Shown piece after piece: positions 47,534 through 63,608 of a DNA stretch of 64,000 nucleotides. The position numbers and the translations under genes are program-made. The stretch is from the NCBI GenBank assembly GCA_000004695.1, contig CM000155.2, positions 3,008,001-3,072,000 on the forward strand, read 5' to 3'. Under the pieces are notes generated by a model. The model searched no databases and was not told the origin of the DNA. It saw only the letters and a list, made by a program, of their open reading frames with translations. Numbering within the stretch: the stretch's first letter is position 1; every line of letters starts with the position of its first letter. Source of the DNA: Dictyostelium discoideum. Its lineage: Eukaryota.

Positions 47534-48691
47534 AAAACAAATAACAAGTCACGCCTCTTTCAAATGAAATAATGTACACTAGAATAAACAATTTTAAATA
47601 TAAATGTAGAGCTATCAGTACGGTTATCTGTTCTACCTTTCATCTATTTTAAAAACAAACAATTAATATGCAATTATTTTTTACTTTTTCCAAATCTTTT
47701 TTTTTTTTTTATTTTTTTTTCAAAAGAGAAGCCCTCAAGGTATTTTTGTAAACAACTGGGAATATATATTTTTTTTTCTTTTTTTTTTCAAAAGAGAAGA
47801 TAATTGAGAAATGAATTTGTATGATTATTATTTATTTATTTATTTTTTCAAACAAATAATTTAAAATCATTTCAAAATTTAAAAAATTTGAATCAGATCG
47901 TTTTTTTTAAACCAATCATTTATACAAATCTCTAAACAAATTCAATCTCGCAAAATAGAAGAAAATGATAAAAAAAGAATAGAATAAAAACTATTTAAAA
48001 ATTACACTATCAATTAACTCAATTTTTTAAAAAAATATTTTTTTTATTATTTGTGACTGGAAATGTATTGAAAAAAAAAAAAAAAAAAAAAAGAAATTAG
48101 ATAGAGGTTCAACTTTAATATTAAATTCTCAAATGTTTTTAATATTTTATTTTATTAAATAATAATTTCTTTAATTTTTTTTTTTTTTTTAAAAAAAACT
48201 GGAACTTAAAATTAATCAATTTTATTGTTTCACATAAAAAAAAAAATCATAACTTTTTTATATTGGAATTTTTTTTTTTCGTTGTGCTATTTTATTTTTT
48301 TTTTATTTTTTTTTTTTAAAAGGAAGGTCATAATGATTCTTCAATCTTTCCTATTTTACAAAGTAGATTTTATTTGATCACAATTTTGATTATTTTTTTT
48401 TTTTTTCTTTTTTTTTTTTATTAAAAATTATTTTTTTTTCCACCTTGGGGAACCATTTTTTTTTTTGTATTTTTTTTCTTTTTTTTTTACGAAAAAAAAA
48501 AATATCTTTTTAGATTTTCAGTTTTTTTTTTTATTTTCCAATTAACGTCAGCATTTGGCAAAAAGAAAAAAAAAGATATTAATTGTTTTGTTTTTTTTTT
48601 TTCTTTTTTTTTTTTTTTACTTTTATTTTTTGTTAGTAATAAAAAAAGGAAAAAAATAATAGTAAAAAATAGAAATAAAGAAAAGTAAAAA

Positions 48692-52850
<4,159 letters not shown>

Positions 52851-52930
52851 AATTTATTTAAATAATAATAAAAAAAAAAACAAAAATAATAATAATTATA
52901 AAAAAAAAAAAAATAATAATAACAATAAAA

Positions 52931-52987
<57 letters not shown>

Positions 52988-53097
52988 ATCTAAACAAATA
53001 ATAATTAAATAAAATAAAATTGAAAAGGTTTTTTCTTTTTTTAGAGTATTTCTAAAAGATTAAAATAAAAAATTTAAATTATTTACATTTATTATTT

Positions 53098-54071
53098 TTA
53101 ACAAGTTTTTACTTCAAACTATAAATATAATAAAAAAAAAACAAATCAAAAAAAAAAAAAAAAAAAAAAAATAAAATAAAAATAAAAAAAAAAGGGTTAA
53201 TTAATTTTCTTGTTATAATAAATTTTTTTTTTGTTTTTTTTTTTTTTTAAAAAAAAAGCCAAATATACTTACAAGATTATGAGCCAATTCAAATATTTCC
53301 TTTTGTTTTAATTCAGAATTTGATTTAACTATAACTATAAATATATATTCTAAATCTTTTGTTGCTTTTAGATGAATAATATCATCAAAATCATTTTTTC
53401 CACAAAAATATTTATTTTCTACATCATTTTCATCAACTGAAAATGCTATATTATTAATGCTAAGTAATTGACCATCTATAAATGTTTGTTTATATAATTC
53501 CAATATTTGTTCTACCTCATCATCATTAATTAAAAATTGTTTTGACTGAAAGAATTTATTATCACCTATTAATATTTTAAAAAAAATGAAAAAATCAAAT
53601 ATAATTTAAAAATAAATAATTAATTAATTATTAAGTTAATAAATATAAATATAAATATAAATATAAATATAAATATAAATATAAATATAAATATAAATAT
53701 AAAAAAAAAAATAAAAATAAAAAAATAAAAATAAAAAATAAAAAAAAAAAAATAAAAAAAAAAAAAAAAAATGAAATCAAATAATTAAATAAATAAAAAA
53801 ATATAAAAAAATAAAAAAAAGTTAAATGATTTAAATAACAATGATGCATGCATGTGCGAATATATGTTTCTAAATTTTAAAAGGAGAGGGGGAATGACTG
53901 TTTAAAAGAATTAAGAATACAAAAAATAAATATAAAAATAAAAAAAAAAATTTGACAATAAACCAAAAACAAAAAATCAATAACCAACTACTAACCTTTA
54001 ATTACTAAAAAACATGGTATTTTCTCATTCATGTATTCGCATTTTTTTAATAAATTTTCATCTAATTCCAT
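53098..54071 (-). CDS. small conserved-fold protein, possibly roadblock/LC7-like or longin/sedlin-like (3 exons: 53996-54071, 53273-53565, 53098-53118; ~129 aa)
   Basis: The spliced protein reads MELDENLLKKCEYMNEKIPCFLVIK|GDNKFFQSKQFLINDDEVEQILELYKQTFIDGQLLSINNIAFSVDENDVENKYFCGKNDFDDIIHLKATKDLEYIFIVIVKSNSELKQKEIFELAHNL|FEVKTC. The pattern hIVVxxEGxPIKS...hFhIVIxNP resembles dynein light-chain roadblock. The exon 1/2 junction (GTTAGT donor, TAATAG acceptor) is in frame. The 7-codon terminal exon is uncertain. Confidence 0.45.
53639..53701. repeat. (AAATAT)n hexanucleotide repeat, ~10 units, in intron 1 of the preceding gene
   Basis: This is a perfect hexamer run. Confidence 0.9.
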
Positions 54072-55207
54072 TATTATTTTTTCTTTGTCTTGTTATTTGT
54101 CTATTTTAAAAAATGAAAAAAAAAAAAAAAAAAAAAAAAAATTGAAAATTTAAAAATTAAAAAAAAATGTGAAAATATAAAAAAAATAAATTCTTAAATT
54201 AAAAAGGGGTAAAAGTAATGATTCATTTTTTTTTTTTTTTTTTTTTTTTTTTTCAAAAAATTACTATAATTTTTTTTTTTTAGATAATACATTATTATAA
54301 ATATAAAATGACAATGAAAATTTTAGATTTATTTTTTTTATATTTATTATAAATTTTTTTTTTTTTTATTTTTTTTTTTTTTCTTACCAATTATTTTAAT
54401 TTTTTATTATAATAATTTTTTTTTTTTTTTTTTTTAAATTTTGGGACAAATTAATCAAAAAATTTAATTATTTACAATAAAGAAGAGGGTAATAAAGTGT
54501 TTTTATGATTAAAATTATAATTCTTTTGAGGAGTTCATTTTAAAATTATTAAAAATAGAATTTTATTATTTTTTTAATTTTTTATATTTTTTTTATTTTT
54601 AATAAATTGTTTATGTATATTGTGTATTTAATTAATTTGTAAAATTAATAAGATTTTTATAAATTTGATGGGTATTGGCTATTTTTGGGAATTTCTTCAA
54701 AACGAACAAAAAATATCTTTCTGTGTTTGGGGTTGTTGGTGGTTTTGGTGGTGTTGGTGGTTGTGGTAAGAGTGTGAGTGTGAGACGGTGTATGTATATC
54801 GAATCTCATGTCACCATTATGATCTAATTCCTTTCAAATATATTCACACATATATTTAAATATACACCAGCACAGAATTATACAGACAGAATTAATTATT
54901 TTTTATTTATTTTATTTGTATCACCATTTGATTAAATTTCAAAAATGTTTTAAAAATTTAAATTATTATTTTATTTATTTATTTTTGATACCACCACCTA
55001 TTATTATTATTATTATTATTATATTTTACCAAACTTGTTTTATTAATAGATACAATCAAATTACAAATGGATAAAAATTTTTTTTTTTTTTTTTTAAAAC
55101 ACAAGAATGTGGTTTTATGAGTGGTTTGTCTTTTTTTTGAATTAATTAATATTACTATTTATAGTTTATGGTTAAAAAAAAAGATATAAATTTAAATAAA
55201 AATAATT

Positions 55208-55239
<32 letters not shown>

Positions 55240-55339
55240 ATTAAATTTTTTGGTATTTAAAAGAAATATATAATTGTTTTATTATAATCAAATAATTTTA
55301 TAAAATATCAAAAGCAACAATAAAATCTACATTATAAAA

Positions 55340-55424
55340 ATGACAATATTAAGTATGTAAATAAAATATTTATATTTTTTCTTTTTTCATTTAAAATAAT
55401 ATTATTTTATATTAATTTAAATTA

Positions 55425-55457
<33 letters not shown>

Positions 55458-55668
55458 CCAAAAAACTATAGAATCGATTACTAGTTTTACATTTAATATT
55501 AAAAATAATAATAATAATAATAAAATAAATAATATAAATGTTAAAAATAATTTTTCAAATAATATAATATCAGAATCTTCAACATTGGTACATTTTAAAC
55601 TATGGAGAGGTGGTACATGGCTTGATATTGCAATGGATGATAGAGTTTCCATATATACACTTTGTTAA
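55340..55668 (+). CDS. candidate small two-exon gene (55340-55352 + 55472-55668; 69 aa), function unknown
   Basis: A mini first exon (ATGACAATATTAA) ends at a GTATGT donor. A 119-nt intron follows, with T24 and a CTATAG acceptor. The second exon encodes KSITSFTFNIKNNNNNNKINNINVKNNFSNNIISESSTLVHFKLWRGGTWLDIAMDDRVSIYTLC*. Its 3' half has clearly raised GC and coding-like composition. No homologue was recognised. Confidence 0.35.
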
Positions 55669-55825
55669 ATTTTTAATAATAATATTATTATATATATTTT
55701 TTTTGTATAATAACAAATTAATTTATTTATTATTCCAATCCTCCATCCAATTCCTTTATTTATTCAAAATTATAAAAAAAAAAAAAAAAAATAATAAAAT
55801 TCTATAAATAATTTAAAAAAATTAA

Positions 55826-56716
55826 TTAATTTATTTTTTGTTTTTTATTTGAAACAACTTTTTCTAAAACTTTTGAAGAGATATTTGAATTTAAAGAATC
55901 TTCATGAGAAGATCTTTGTTTAAAGGTACGAACAACCTTTTCTTTAATTGGTTTACCTTTTGATTCATGTTTTTGATTGACATGTTTTGAAAGTTCAACT
56001 TGTTCGAGAAGAATGAGATTTTGTTTACGAACTTGGTTAATCTCTAATCTCAATTTCTTATCACGTTCCATTCTTTGTGAGACTAATTTATCTTGTAAAT
56101 GATGCCATTTAAATTTTGGTAAATATCTAAGATTCCAAAGACAATCTTTATGAATATCTCTTGCTTTACCACCCATTGGTATATTGTTTAATATTGTTGC
56201 TATCTTTCTTGCTAATGCTTTATCTTCGAATTCAATCCATCCCTCTTTAAACATATCATTTCTGTGATTCTTTCTTTCAACATTTGCACGAACTAAATGC
56301 ATTCTAGTAACTTTACCATATTTAGCTAGTAGTTGTTTTAATTTTGCTGGTTTCATTCTTGATGGTATTGTTGATAAATAAATTATACCTTTATTTTCAT
56401 TTTGTTCTTTTAATTTCTTCATTTTTTCAATATCCATTGGTTTAATTTTAATCACTTTCTTAATTTTATTTTTATTATCTTTATTTTCTTCATCATCCTC
56501 ATCTTCATCATCTTCTTCTTGATTAAATTCTATATTGTCTTCATTATCTTCTTCTTCTTCTTCTTCTTCACCTTCATTTACATCATTAATAAAATCATCT
56601 TCGTCATCGTCTTTAAAATCATTTTCTTCTAAATCTTCGAATTTATTTACAAATCTTGGATCAATTTCCTCTTTTTTTGATGTTTCTATTTTATCATTTT
56701 TTCTTTTTTGTGCCAT
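55826..56716 (-). CDS. ESF2/ABT1 family pre-rRNA processing protein (296 aa)
   Basis: An acidic N-terminus (poly-E/D) is followed by the ABT1/Esf2 RRM-like core, GIIYLSTIPSRMKPAKLKQLLAKYGKVTRMHLV...FKEGWIEFEDKALARKIATILNNIPMGGKAR...CLWNLRYLPKFKWHHLQDKL. It is collinear with human ABT1 (GIVYLSRIPPHMKPAKLRQLLSQYGEV...[27 protein letters not shown]...DLWNLKYLHRFTWSHL). Confidence 0.8.
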   Translation of the reverse strand: MAQKRKNDKIETSKKEEIDPRFVNKFEDLEENDFKDDDEDDFINDVNEGEEEEEEEDNEDNIEFNQEEDDEDEDDEENKDNKNKIKKVIKIKPMDIEKMKKLKEQNENKGIIYLSTIPSRMKPAKLKQLLAKYGKVTRMHLVRANVERKNHRNDMFKEGWIEFEDKALARKIATILNNIPMGGKARDIHKDCLWNLRYLPKFKWHHLQDKLVSQRMERDKKLRLEINQVRKQNLILLEQVELSKHVNQKHESKGKPIKEKVVRTFKQRSSHEDSLNSNISSKVLEKVVSNKKQKIN

Positions 56717-56766
56717 TTTGTTTTAGATTTATAAAAATATTAAATTATGGAATAGTTAAAAAAATG

Positions 56767-56798
<32 letters not shown>

Positions 56799-57118
56799 AA
56801 TTTTATTTTTTTTTTTTTATTTTTTTTTTTTTAAAAAAACGAAAAACGAAACTTTTTAATGGATATTTTTTCTTTTTTTTTTCCCTTTTAAATTTTTTAT
56901 TAAAAAGATTTTAGTCTAAAATAACCTTTTTTGGAATAAAATAAAATAAATAAATTAAACCAAATGCTTCGGAATGTGAATATTGAAGGCCTACACTAAA
57001 TCCAACATGGATAGCTATCCAATATTCAAATTGTAAAGGAATGGTAATCTTTCTTAAGCCATCTTTGGGCTCTATTGGTGGAACTATCGGCTGTATCTAA
57101 ATTTTAAAAAACGAATTT

Positions 57119-57234
57119 TTTTTTTTTTTGAATTGGATAACGCAATTATTATTTGCTTCTCCTTGAGATGCTAGATCTCATTTTATTTTATTTTTTTTTT
57201 TTTTTACAGGGTCTCTAAAAGAGGGGTTGGTTTA

Positions 57235-57267
<33 letters not shown>

Positions 57268-57558
57268 TTTCGAATTTTGAATTGTATTATTACTTTTGAT
57301 TAAAACATCTTTTTTGTCCAAACTTTTTTCTAAATCTTTTTTTATTTTATCGTCTGGTTCGTGATTGATGTTTATGACGTATTTGAATTGTTTTTTTTTT
57401 AATTGAGTTTTATCCACAATTTCGCTTATTTTTTGTAGGCATTTGTGTTGCTTAATATTTGTGGTGTTGTTTGTGATTTTCATTTTATTTTCTTTCTATT
57501 TTTTTTATTTTTCTTTAAAAAGTTAAAAATCTGGAAATTTTCTGATTAACTTGGTTCC

Positions 57559-57600
<42 letters not shown>

Positions 57601-57862
57601 TCTTTTTTATATGAAAAATGAAATAATCAAAAAAAGAGATTGTTGTTGTTTGTTTTTTTTCGATCTGATTATTTTTTGCTTTTTTTTTGAAAATTTTGCT
57701 ACGCATAATTCTCAAAACGAAACAAATAATAAATTACAATAAAGTAAAAAGATGGCTTTTTTAAATAGTTTATTTATTTATTTATTTGTTTTTTAAGTCT
57801 TTTTTATATGAAAAATGAAATAATCAAAAAAAGAGATTGTTGTTTGTTTTTTTTCGATCTGG
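57119..57862 (-). mobile_element. TRE5-A mini-element (internally deleted: C-module + ORF1 5' fragment + B-module + ~1.3 A-modules)
   Basis: In reverse complement it has an A-module at 57590-57860, poly(A), a B-module, the first ~84 codons of ORF1 (57232-57483) and a C-module (57130-57190). It is bounded by TTAAAAAACGAATTT at 57104-57118 and 57863-57877. Confidence 0.75.
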
Positions 57863-57877
57863 TTAAAAAACGAATTT

Positions 57878-58054
57878 TTTTTTTTTTTTTGAATTGGATA
57901 ACGCAATTATTATTTGCTTCTCCTTGAGATGCTAGATCTTATTTGACTTTTTCGCTTATTTTTTGTAGGCATTTGTGTTGCTTAATATTTGTGGTGTTGT
58001 TTGTGATTTTCATTTTATTTTCTTTCTATCTTTTTTATTTTTCTGATTAACTTG

Positions 58055-58113
<59 letters not shown>

Positions 58114-59819
58114 TTATAGAAAGTACTGAGTGAATTATTGTATTTTTTGAGATGTTTAGGAAGTTCTATTGCGGGTGTTGATGATGATTTGTGACACCCC
58201 TTGTCCTGTTTTATCAATTGGTGCGTGGTGTGTTATTTTGTTTTTATATTGTTGATTTATTGAGTAAATTTTATTTGTTTTTATATTTGTTTCAGTTAGA
58301 AGTGCTGCGTCCAGCTTGTTGTTGTCTAAAACGGTGTTTATTATGCTGGCAGATTGGATGGTGTTGGATCCTTGGACGTTCCAAACACCTATTCTTATTG
58401 TGTTTTTCTTTATAGTTTTATTTGGGGTAGATTTTTATCTACCTTTTGAAGTTTCTGGTTTATTTTGTCTTCTAACTGATCTTTACTTTGTTCATTGTGT
58501 TGTTGGTCTTGTGTGTTTGTGGGGTTTTTTGATTTATTGATTTGTTTTAGAATTTCCTTGTTGAAGTTGTCTATATCTTCATCCATTTTTGTTTTTATGC
58601 TTTTTTGTCCATATTCACCCAATTTTGGTTTGACTGGTGTTTTGTTGGTCTTGTTTGTTTTGTCTTGTTGTTTCTTTTTTGGTGTGTTTAACAATTTACT
58701 TGGTGAATCGATAATTTTCGATGGTGTACCATAGGTTGGGCTGAAACTCATGATATGTTTTATTGGAGAGGAGAAGAACCATTGATTTGAAGGGATTGAA
58801 AGTGGGAATTCTATTTTTCTTATTGCATCAGTGTTTGGGCTGGTGAAGTCGAAGATATCATTTGCCTCTCTAAGTTTTTCTTCCGTTGTTAGTCCCTTTG
58901 TTTCGCCGTGTTGTTTTATTGGTGTATTGTATGGAGATGGTGGTTCGATAGGTTTTTCTGATTTTGTTTTAATTTCTTGATTGTTTATCGATTGTGTATT
59001 GATCTCATTCTCTATTCTTGTTAGTTCATCTACGTTTTCTAGTGATGCTTCTATTACCTTTTGAGCTGTATCATCTAGGGCCATAAATGTTTTATCATTA
59101 GATGAGGATGTGATTGGTGGGATAATGATTGTTCTTTTTCCTTGTTTTGGTATTTGTTCTGATGTAGATTGTGGTTGTTGTTCATCTGATTGTTTTTTAT
59201 ATTTGTTTTCTTCTTGATTTTCTGGTAATGAGGTTTGATCTCTCCATCCTTTGTTGGAGTGTCCAATTAATGTTAGATTGTCTAGTTCAATGATAGTGTC
59301 AAATTCTTCTACGACTCTTTTCACTGTTTTGATAATTAGAGTTTCGCCTTTAATTTCTAATTTAATTAGTTTACATCCTTCATTTTCTATTACCCATTCT
59401 ATTTCTGTGAGTGATTTATACCAATCAAAATCTGTATACATATTTTTTGGTCTTATAGTGGTTATAAATTGTCCTTTTAATTCTGCATCAAACATATTTA
59501 CAAAATAGATTACTGTACTAATACTGTCTGTGAGAATTTTGAATGTATTATTACTTTTGATTAAAACATCTTTTTTGTCCAAACTTTTTTCTAAATCTTT
59601 TTTTATTTTATCGTCTGGTTCGTGATTGATGTTTATGACGTATTTGAATTGTTTTTTTTTTAATTGAGTTTTATCCACAATTTCGCTTATTTTTTGTAGG
59701 CATTTGTGTTGCTTAATATTTGTGGTGTTGTTTGTGATTTTCATTTTATTTTCTTTCTATCTTTTTTATTTTTCTTTAAAAAGTTAAAAATCTGGAAATT
59801 TTCTAATTAACTTGGTTCC

Positions 59820-59870
<51 letters not shown>

Positions 59871-60537
59871 TCTTTTTTATATGAAAAATGAAATAATCAA
59901 AAAAAGAGATTGTTGTTGTTGTTTGTTTTTTTCGATCTGATTATTTTTTGCTTTTTTTTTGAAAATTTTGCTACGCAAAATTCTCAAAACGAAACAAATA
60001 ATAAATTACAATAAAGTAAAAAGATGGCTTTTTAAAATAGTTTATTTATTTATTTATTTGTTTTTTAAGTCTTTTTTATATGAAAAATGAAATAATCAAA
60101 AAAAGAGATTGTTGTTGTTGTTTGTTTTTTTCGATCTGATTATTTTTTGCTTTTTTTTTGAAAATTTTGCTACGCAAAATTCTCAAAACGAAACAAATAA
60201 TAAATTACAATAAAGTAAAAAGATGGCTTTTTAAAATAGTTTATTTATTTATTTATTTGTTTTTTAAGTCTTTTTTATATGAAAAATGAAATAATCAAAA
60301 AAAGAGATTGTTGTTGTTGTTTGTTTTTTTCGATCTGATTATTTTTTGCTTTTTTTTTGAAAATTTTGCTACGCAAAATTCTCAAAACGAAACAAATAAT
60401 AAATTACAATAAAGTAAAAAGATGGCTTTTTAAAATAGTTTATTTATTTATTTATTTGTTTTTTAAGTCTTTTTTATATGAAAAATGAAATAATCAAAAA
60501 AAGAGATTGTTGTTGTTGTTTGTTTTTTTCGATCTCG
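57878..60537 (-). mobile_element. TRE5-A (TRE5-A.2-like) retrotransposon, 5' end 45 bp upstream of tRNA-Tyr, head-to-head
   Basis: In reverse complement it has about 3.4 A-modules (59868-60537), a B-module, an intact ORF1 (58410-59744), the ORF2 5' remnant (~58110-58409), an internal poly(A), an ORF1 5' fragment and a C-module (57890-57950). It is bounded by the 15-mer TTAAAAAACGAATTT at 57863-57877 and 60538-60552. Confidence 0.85.
58410..59744 (-). CDS. TRE5-A ORF1 protein (444 aa), second copy
   Basis: It differs from the 1712-3046 copy at only two residues (S/L and N/Y). Confidence 0.85.
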   Translation of the reverse strand: MKITNNTTNIKQHKCLQKISEIVDKTQLKKKQFKYVININHEPDDKIKKDLEKSLDKKDVLIKSNNTFKILTDSISTVIYFVNMFDAELKGQFITTIRPKNMYTDFDWYKSLTEIEWVIENEGCKLIKLEIKGETLIIKTVKRVVEEFDTIIELDNLTLIGHSNKGWRDQTSLPENQEENKYKKQSDEQQPQSTSEQIPKQGKRTIIIPPITSSSNDKTFMALDDTAQKVIEASLENVDELTRIENEINTQSINNQEIKTKSEKPIEPPSPYNTPIKQHGETKGLTTEEKLREANDIFDFTSPNTDAIRKIEFPLSIPSNQWFFSSPIKHIMSFSPTYGTPSKIIDSPSKLLNTPKKKQQDKTNKTNKTPVKPKLGEYGQKSIKTKMDEDIDNFNKEILKQINKSKNPTNTQDQQHNEQSKDQLEDKINQKLQKVDKNLPQIKL

Positions 60538-60582
60538 TTAAAAAACGAATTTGTACCGATAATAAAATTTTATTTTCATCAA

Positions 60583-60665
60583 CCGGCTTTGGCGCAATGG
60601 TAGCGCGATTGACTGTAGTATTGAAAGTGATCAATCGGTTGCTAGTTCGAATCTGGCAAGCCGGA
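60583..60665 (+). tRNA. tRNA-Tyr (anticodon GUA) with an 11-nt intron
   Basis: The acceptor stem is CCGGCTT/AAGCCGG and the D-stem is GCGC/GCGC. The anticodon stem-loop is ATTGA-CTGTAG-[TATTGAAAGTG]-A-TCAAT. The intron sits after position 37, exactly as in other eukaryotic tRNA-Tyr genes (CTGTAG|intron|A). The T-arm is GCTAGTTCGAATCTGGC. The gene is followed by T4 and A8. Confidence 0.85.
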
Positions 60666-60693
60666 CTTTTAAAAAAAATAATTTTATAATCAC

Positions 60694-60707
60694 TGGTTCG
60701 ATTCTCC
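60694..60707 (+). promoter_or_regulatory. ex-B box downstream of tRNA-Tyr
   Basis: TGGTTCGATTCTCC lies 29 bp past the tRNA 3' end. Confidence 0.6.
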
Positions 60708-61397
60708 ATTAAAATATCCAAATTGAAGTTGTTTTAAATTATGTATTGATTAAACCCCTCCTAGGTTAAAGAATAAACAATACCCAATGAATTTGAAAAA
60801 CTACACTCTGAACTTAAAAAGGAATGACATTCATATAATTATTGATATTCATTTGAAATTATTTTATAATACTATTAAAAGTAATGGTGGAATTATTTGT
60901 TTTATTTATTAATTTTTTTTTCAAAAAATATAAAAGGAATATTTTTTATTTTTAATAAATACATTTGAGTTTAAAAACAAATATTTTTTATAAAAAAAAA
61001 AATTAATTTAGAAAAAATAAACAAATAAATATTAACATTTTTTAAAAATAAAAAGATAAATGTATAATTTTAGACAATCATTTGATGATAAATTAAATAA
61101 TGAAAAAATTAAGAGAAGAAATAAACTTCAAATACTAAAAACAATAAAATTAATTTAGAAAAATAATGATAATTGTTTATAAATAGTAATTTTGATTACA
61201 AGTTAATAAATTCGAATCAATCTCCTTTCGTTCTTTTAGGTCTGATTTACAACATTATTTTAATTTTTTTTTTTTTTTTTTTTCTTACAGAATAAATTTT
61301 TTTATAATATTGATTAATCACCGTTTATCCGTTAAAAGTAATTAATAGTTTTATTTTAGTATTTTCTTTAAATATTACTTTTTTATTACTCCAACAT

Positions 61398-61410
61398 GAC
61401 ATCGAACACT
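61398..61410 (-). promoter_or_regulatory. ex-B box downstream of the second tRNA-Glu
   Basis: AGTGTTCGATGTC, read on the minus strand, lies about 29 bp past the tRNA 3' end. Confidence 0.55.
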
Positions 61411-61438
61411 TGATCTCTGCCTTGGGTTTTAAAAAAAG

Positions 61439-61510
61439 CTCCCCATTCGGGAATCGAACCCGAGGTACCAGTGTGAAAGACTAGAGTGTTACCGACTACA
61501 CCAATGAGGA
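61439..61510 (-). tRNA. tRNA-Glu (anticodon UUC), second copy
   Basis: Its reverse complement is identical to the 45148-45219 gene and is flanked by poly(A/T). Confidence 0.9.
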
Positions 61511-61589
61511 ATATGATGAAATTATGTATTTTTTAGTAAAATTTATACAGGTATTTCGGCACATGTAATATCTAAAAATAAAATTAATA

Positions 61590-61670
61590 AAATGAGTCAT
61601 ATCTCAAGAAGAAGCAACTAAAAATTGCGTTATTCCATTCAAAAAATATACAAGTATTTTTCATTTCAAA
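61590..61670 (+). mobile_element. TRE5-family C-module-like remnant (diverged, ~80% identical to the TRE5-A C-module) 80-160 bp upstream of tRNA-Glu
   Basis: GAGTCATATCTCAAGAAGAAGCAACTAAAAATTGCGTTATTCCATTCAAAAAA aligns with the TRE5-A C-module GAGATCTAGCATCTCAAGGAGAAGCAAATAATAATTGCGTTATCCAATTCAAAAAA. No ORF or A-module accompanies it. Confidence 0.45.
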
Positions 61671-62193
61671 AATTTTTATACAAATAATGAGAAGGAAACT
61701 TGATATAAAGCACCACAAAAGGCATTTATATTAATTCAAAATCACAAAAAATCAGAGGTATTTCATTTTTAATATAAGATATAATTAGAAAAACTAAATC
61801 TATCAGATTGGTCAAAATTAATTTGTATTTAGAAATGGTCTAGTTACAACCTCCACTACTTCTATTACAAATTGAACCAATTTGTTTATAATCAAACAAA
61901 TATGATATTTTTTCAAGTACTCCCCTTTATAACAATTGTACTCATAAATCTTTCACTTTTGTATGTGGTAGGTTTGTTTGATAAATGTAGAATTTTATTT
62001 AATTAAAAAAATTAAATGAAAATTTTAATAAATATTAAAAAATTTTAATAATTTAATTAAGCTGCTTCTGTTGCCTTAACTGGGAACATAATAATTGAGT
62101 GAACATAAACTGGGCCACCTTTATTAACGATTGCCTAATTTTTAAAATTAAATTAGTAAAATAATAATAATAATAATAAATAATAAATAAAAA

Positions 62194-63545
62194 TTATAAT
62201 AATAATAATATTAAATAAAAAATTTTTAAATAATTAAAACTTACAAGTGAATAAACAGTTGAAACTGATAAATTAACGATTTTTGCCATTAAAGTTTTAG
62301 TTTTAAATTCATTAATTGCTGAACCAGTATCAACATTACATTGTGCCAATGAGACAGGACCACCCAAAATTTCAACACCATTTGCATTACGAACTGAAAT
62401 TAAACCTCCTTCAGTATTGGTATTTGAATAATGATATCGAATACCAAAATTATATTTAGTTTGTGTTGAATCTTTTAATTTGAATCTAAATCTTAATTTA
62501 CCACCAACATTGATACACATTGCATGAACAGTTGGTAAAACGAAATCACGAGCAAATGAACAATTCTCTCTATTGAAAAATTTTTGTGCATTAACAACAG
62601 TTGCAATATTATTATATAACCAATTATCATTGTAAATATTAATTGGTTGTAATCCAACTACCATTGCATCCAAAATACCAGATCTTTCAGAACCATCAAA
62701 TGTCATTGTTTCATAATTTGTATTTAGCCCTCTAAAAGTTGAAACTTTATGATTTGTAACTGATACATTTGTATCAATTCTCATTCCTAAGTCGCTATAA
62801 CCACCACGATCCATATCTTTAGCACTTTAAAATATTTAATTAAAAAATTAAAAAATTAAAATTAATTAAAATGATCATTAAATTTATAATTTTTTAAAAT
62901 ATACATACTAATGACATGACATATAATCCATTTCAGTATCATAAACTTCACCACCTGTGCAATTGGTTGGACCTAAATCAACTGTAACAGAAGAGAAATT
63001 TGATGAAATACCACTTGGGTATGAAATATATCTTGGTTGAACATCATACCCTCCAATAAAATTAGTAACAGTTGCATTTGAACTTGATGGTAATAAAATA
63101 ATACCACCTGACTTGTTTAAATTACCAACTTTTTCACCTACTCTTTCACCACTTGACTCTGATGGATCTAAAATAAATAAATAAATAAATAAAAAAGATT
63201 TATAATATTAATTAAAAAATGAAAACAACCAATAATGAGTATTTTAAATAGGAAAAAAAATATATATTACCATTATAAAAACTTTGAATTGCGTACATAA
63301 AATCATTTGAATGAGTGAATTCAACTCTTCTAAATTCTTTTTGGTATAAATCAAATTCTCTGTCAATGAAAATTTTTTCTAAAAAATCACATGATGGATA
63401 ATAATATGGTTTATTTGGTTTTGCTGTTTGACTTGGATCAATTGGTCTACCAATTACATCTGAAAAGCTTTAATAATATTATAAAATAATAAAATAAAAT
63501 AAAAATAAAAAAAAGTGTTTAGAAAAAGTTTCGAAAATAGAAAAA

Positions 63546-63608
<63 letters not shown>

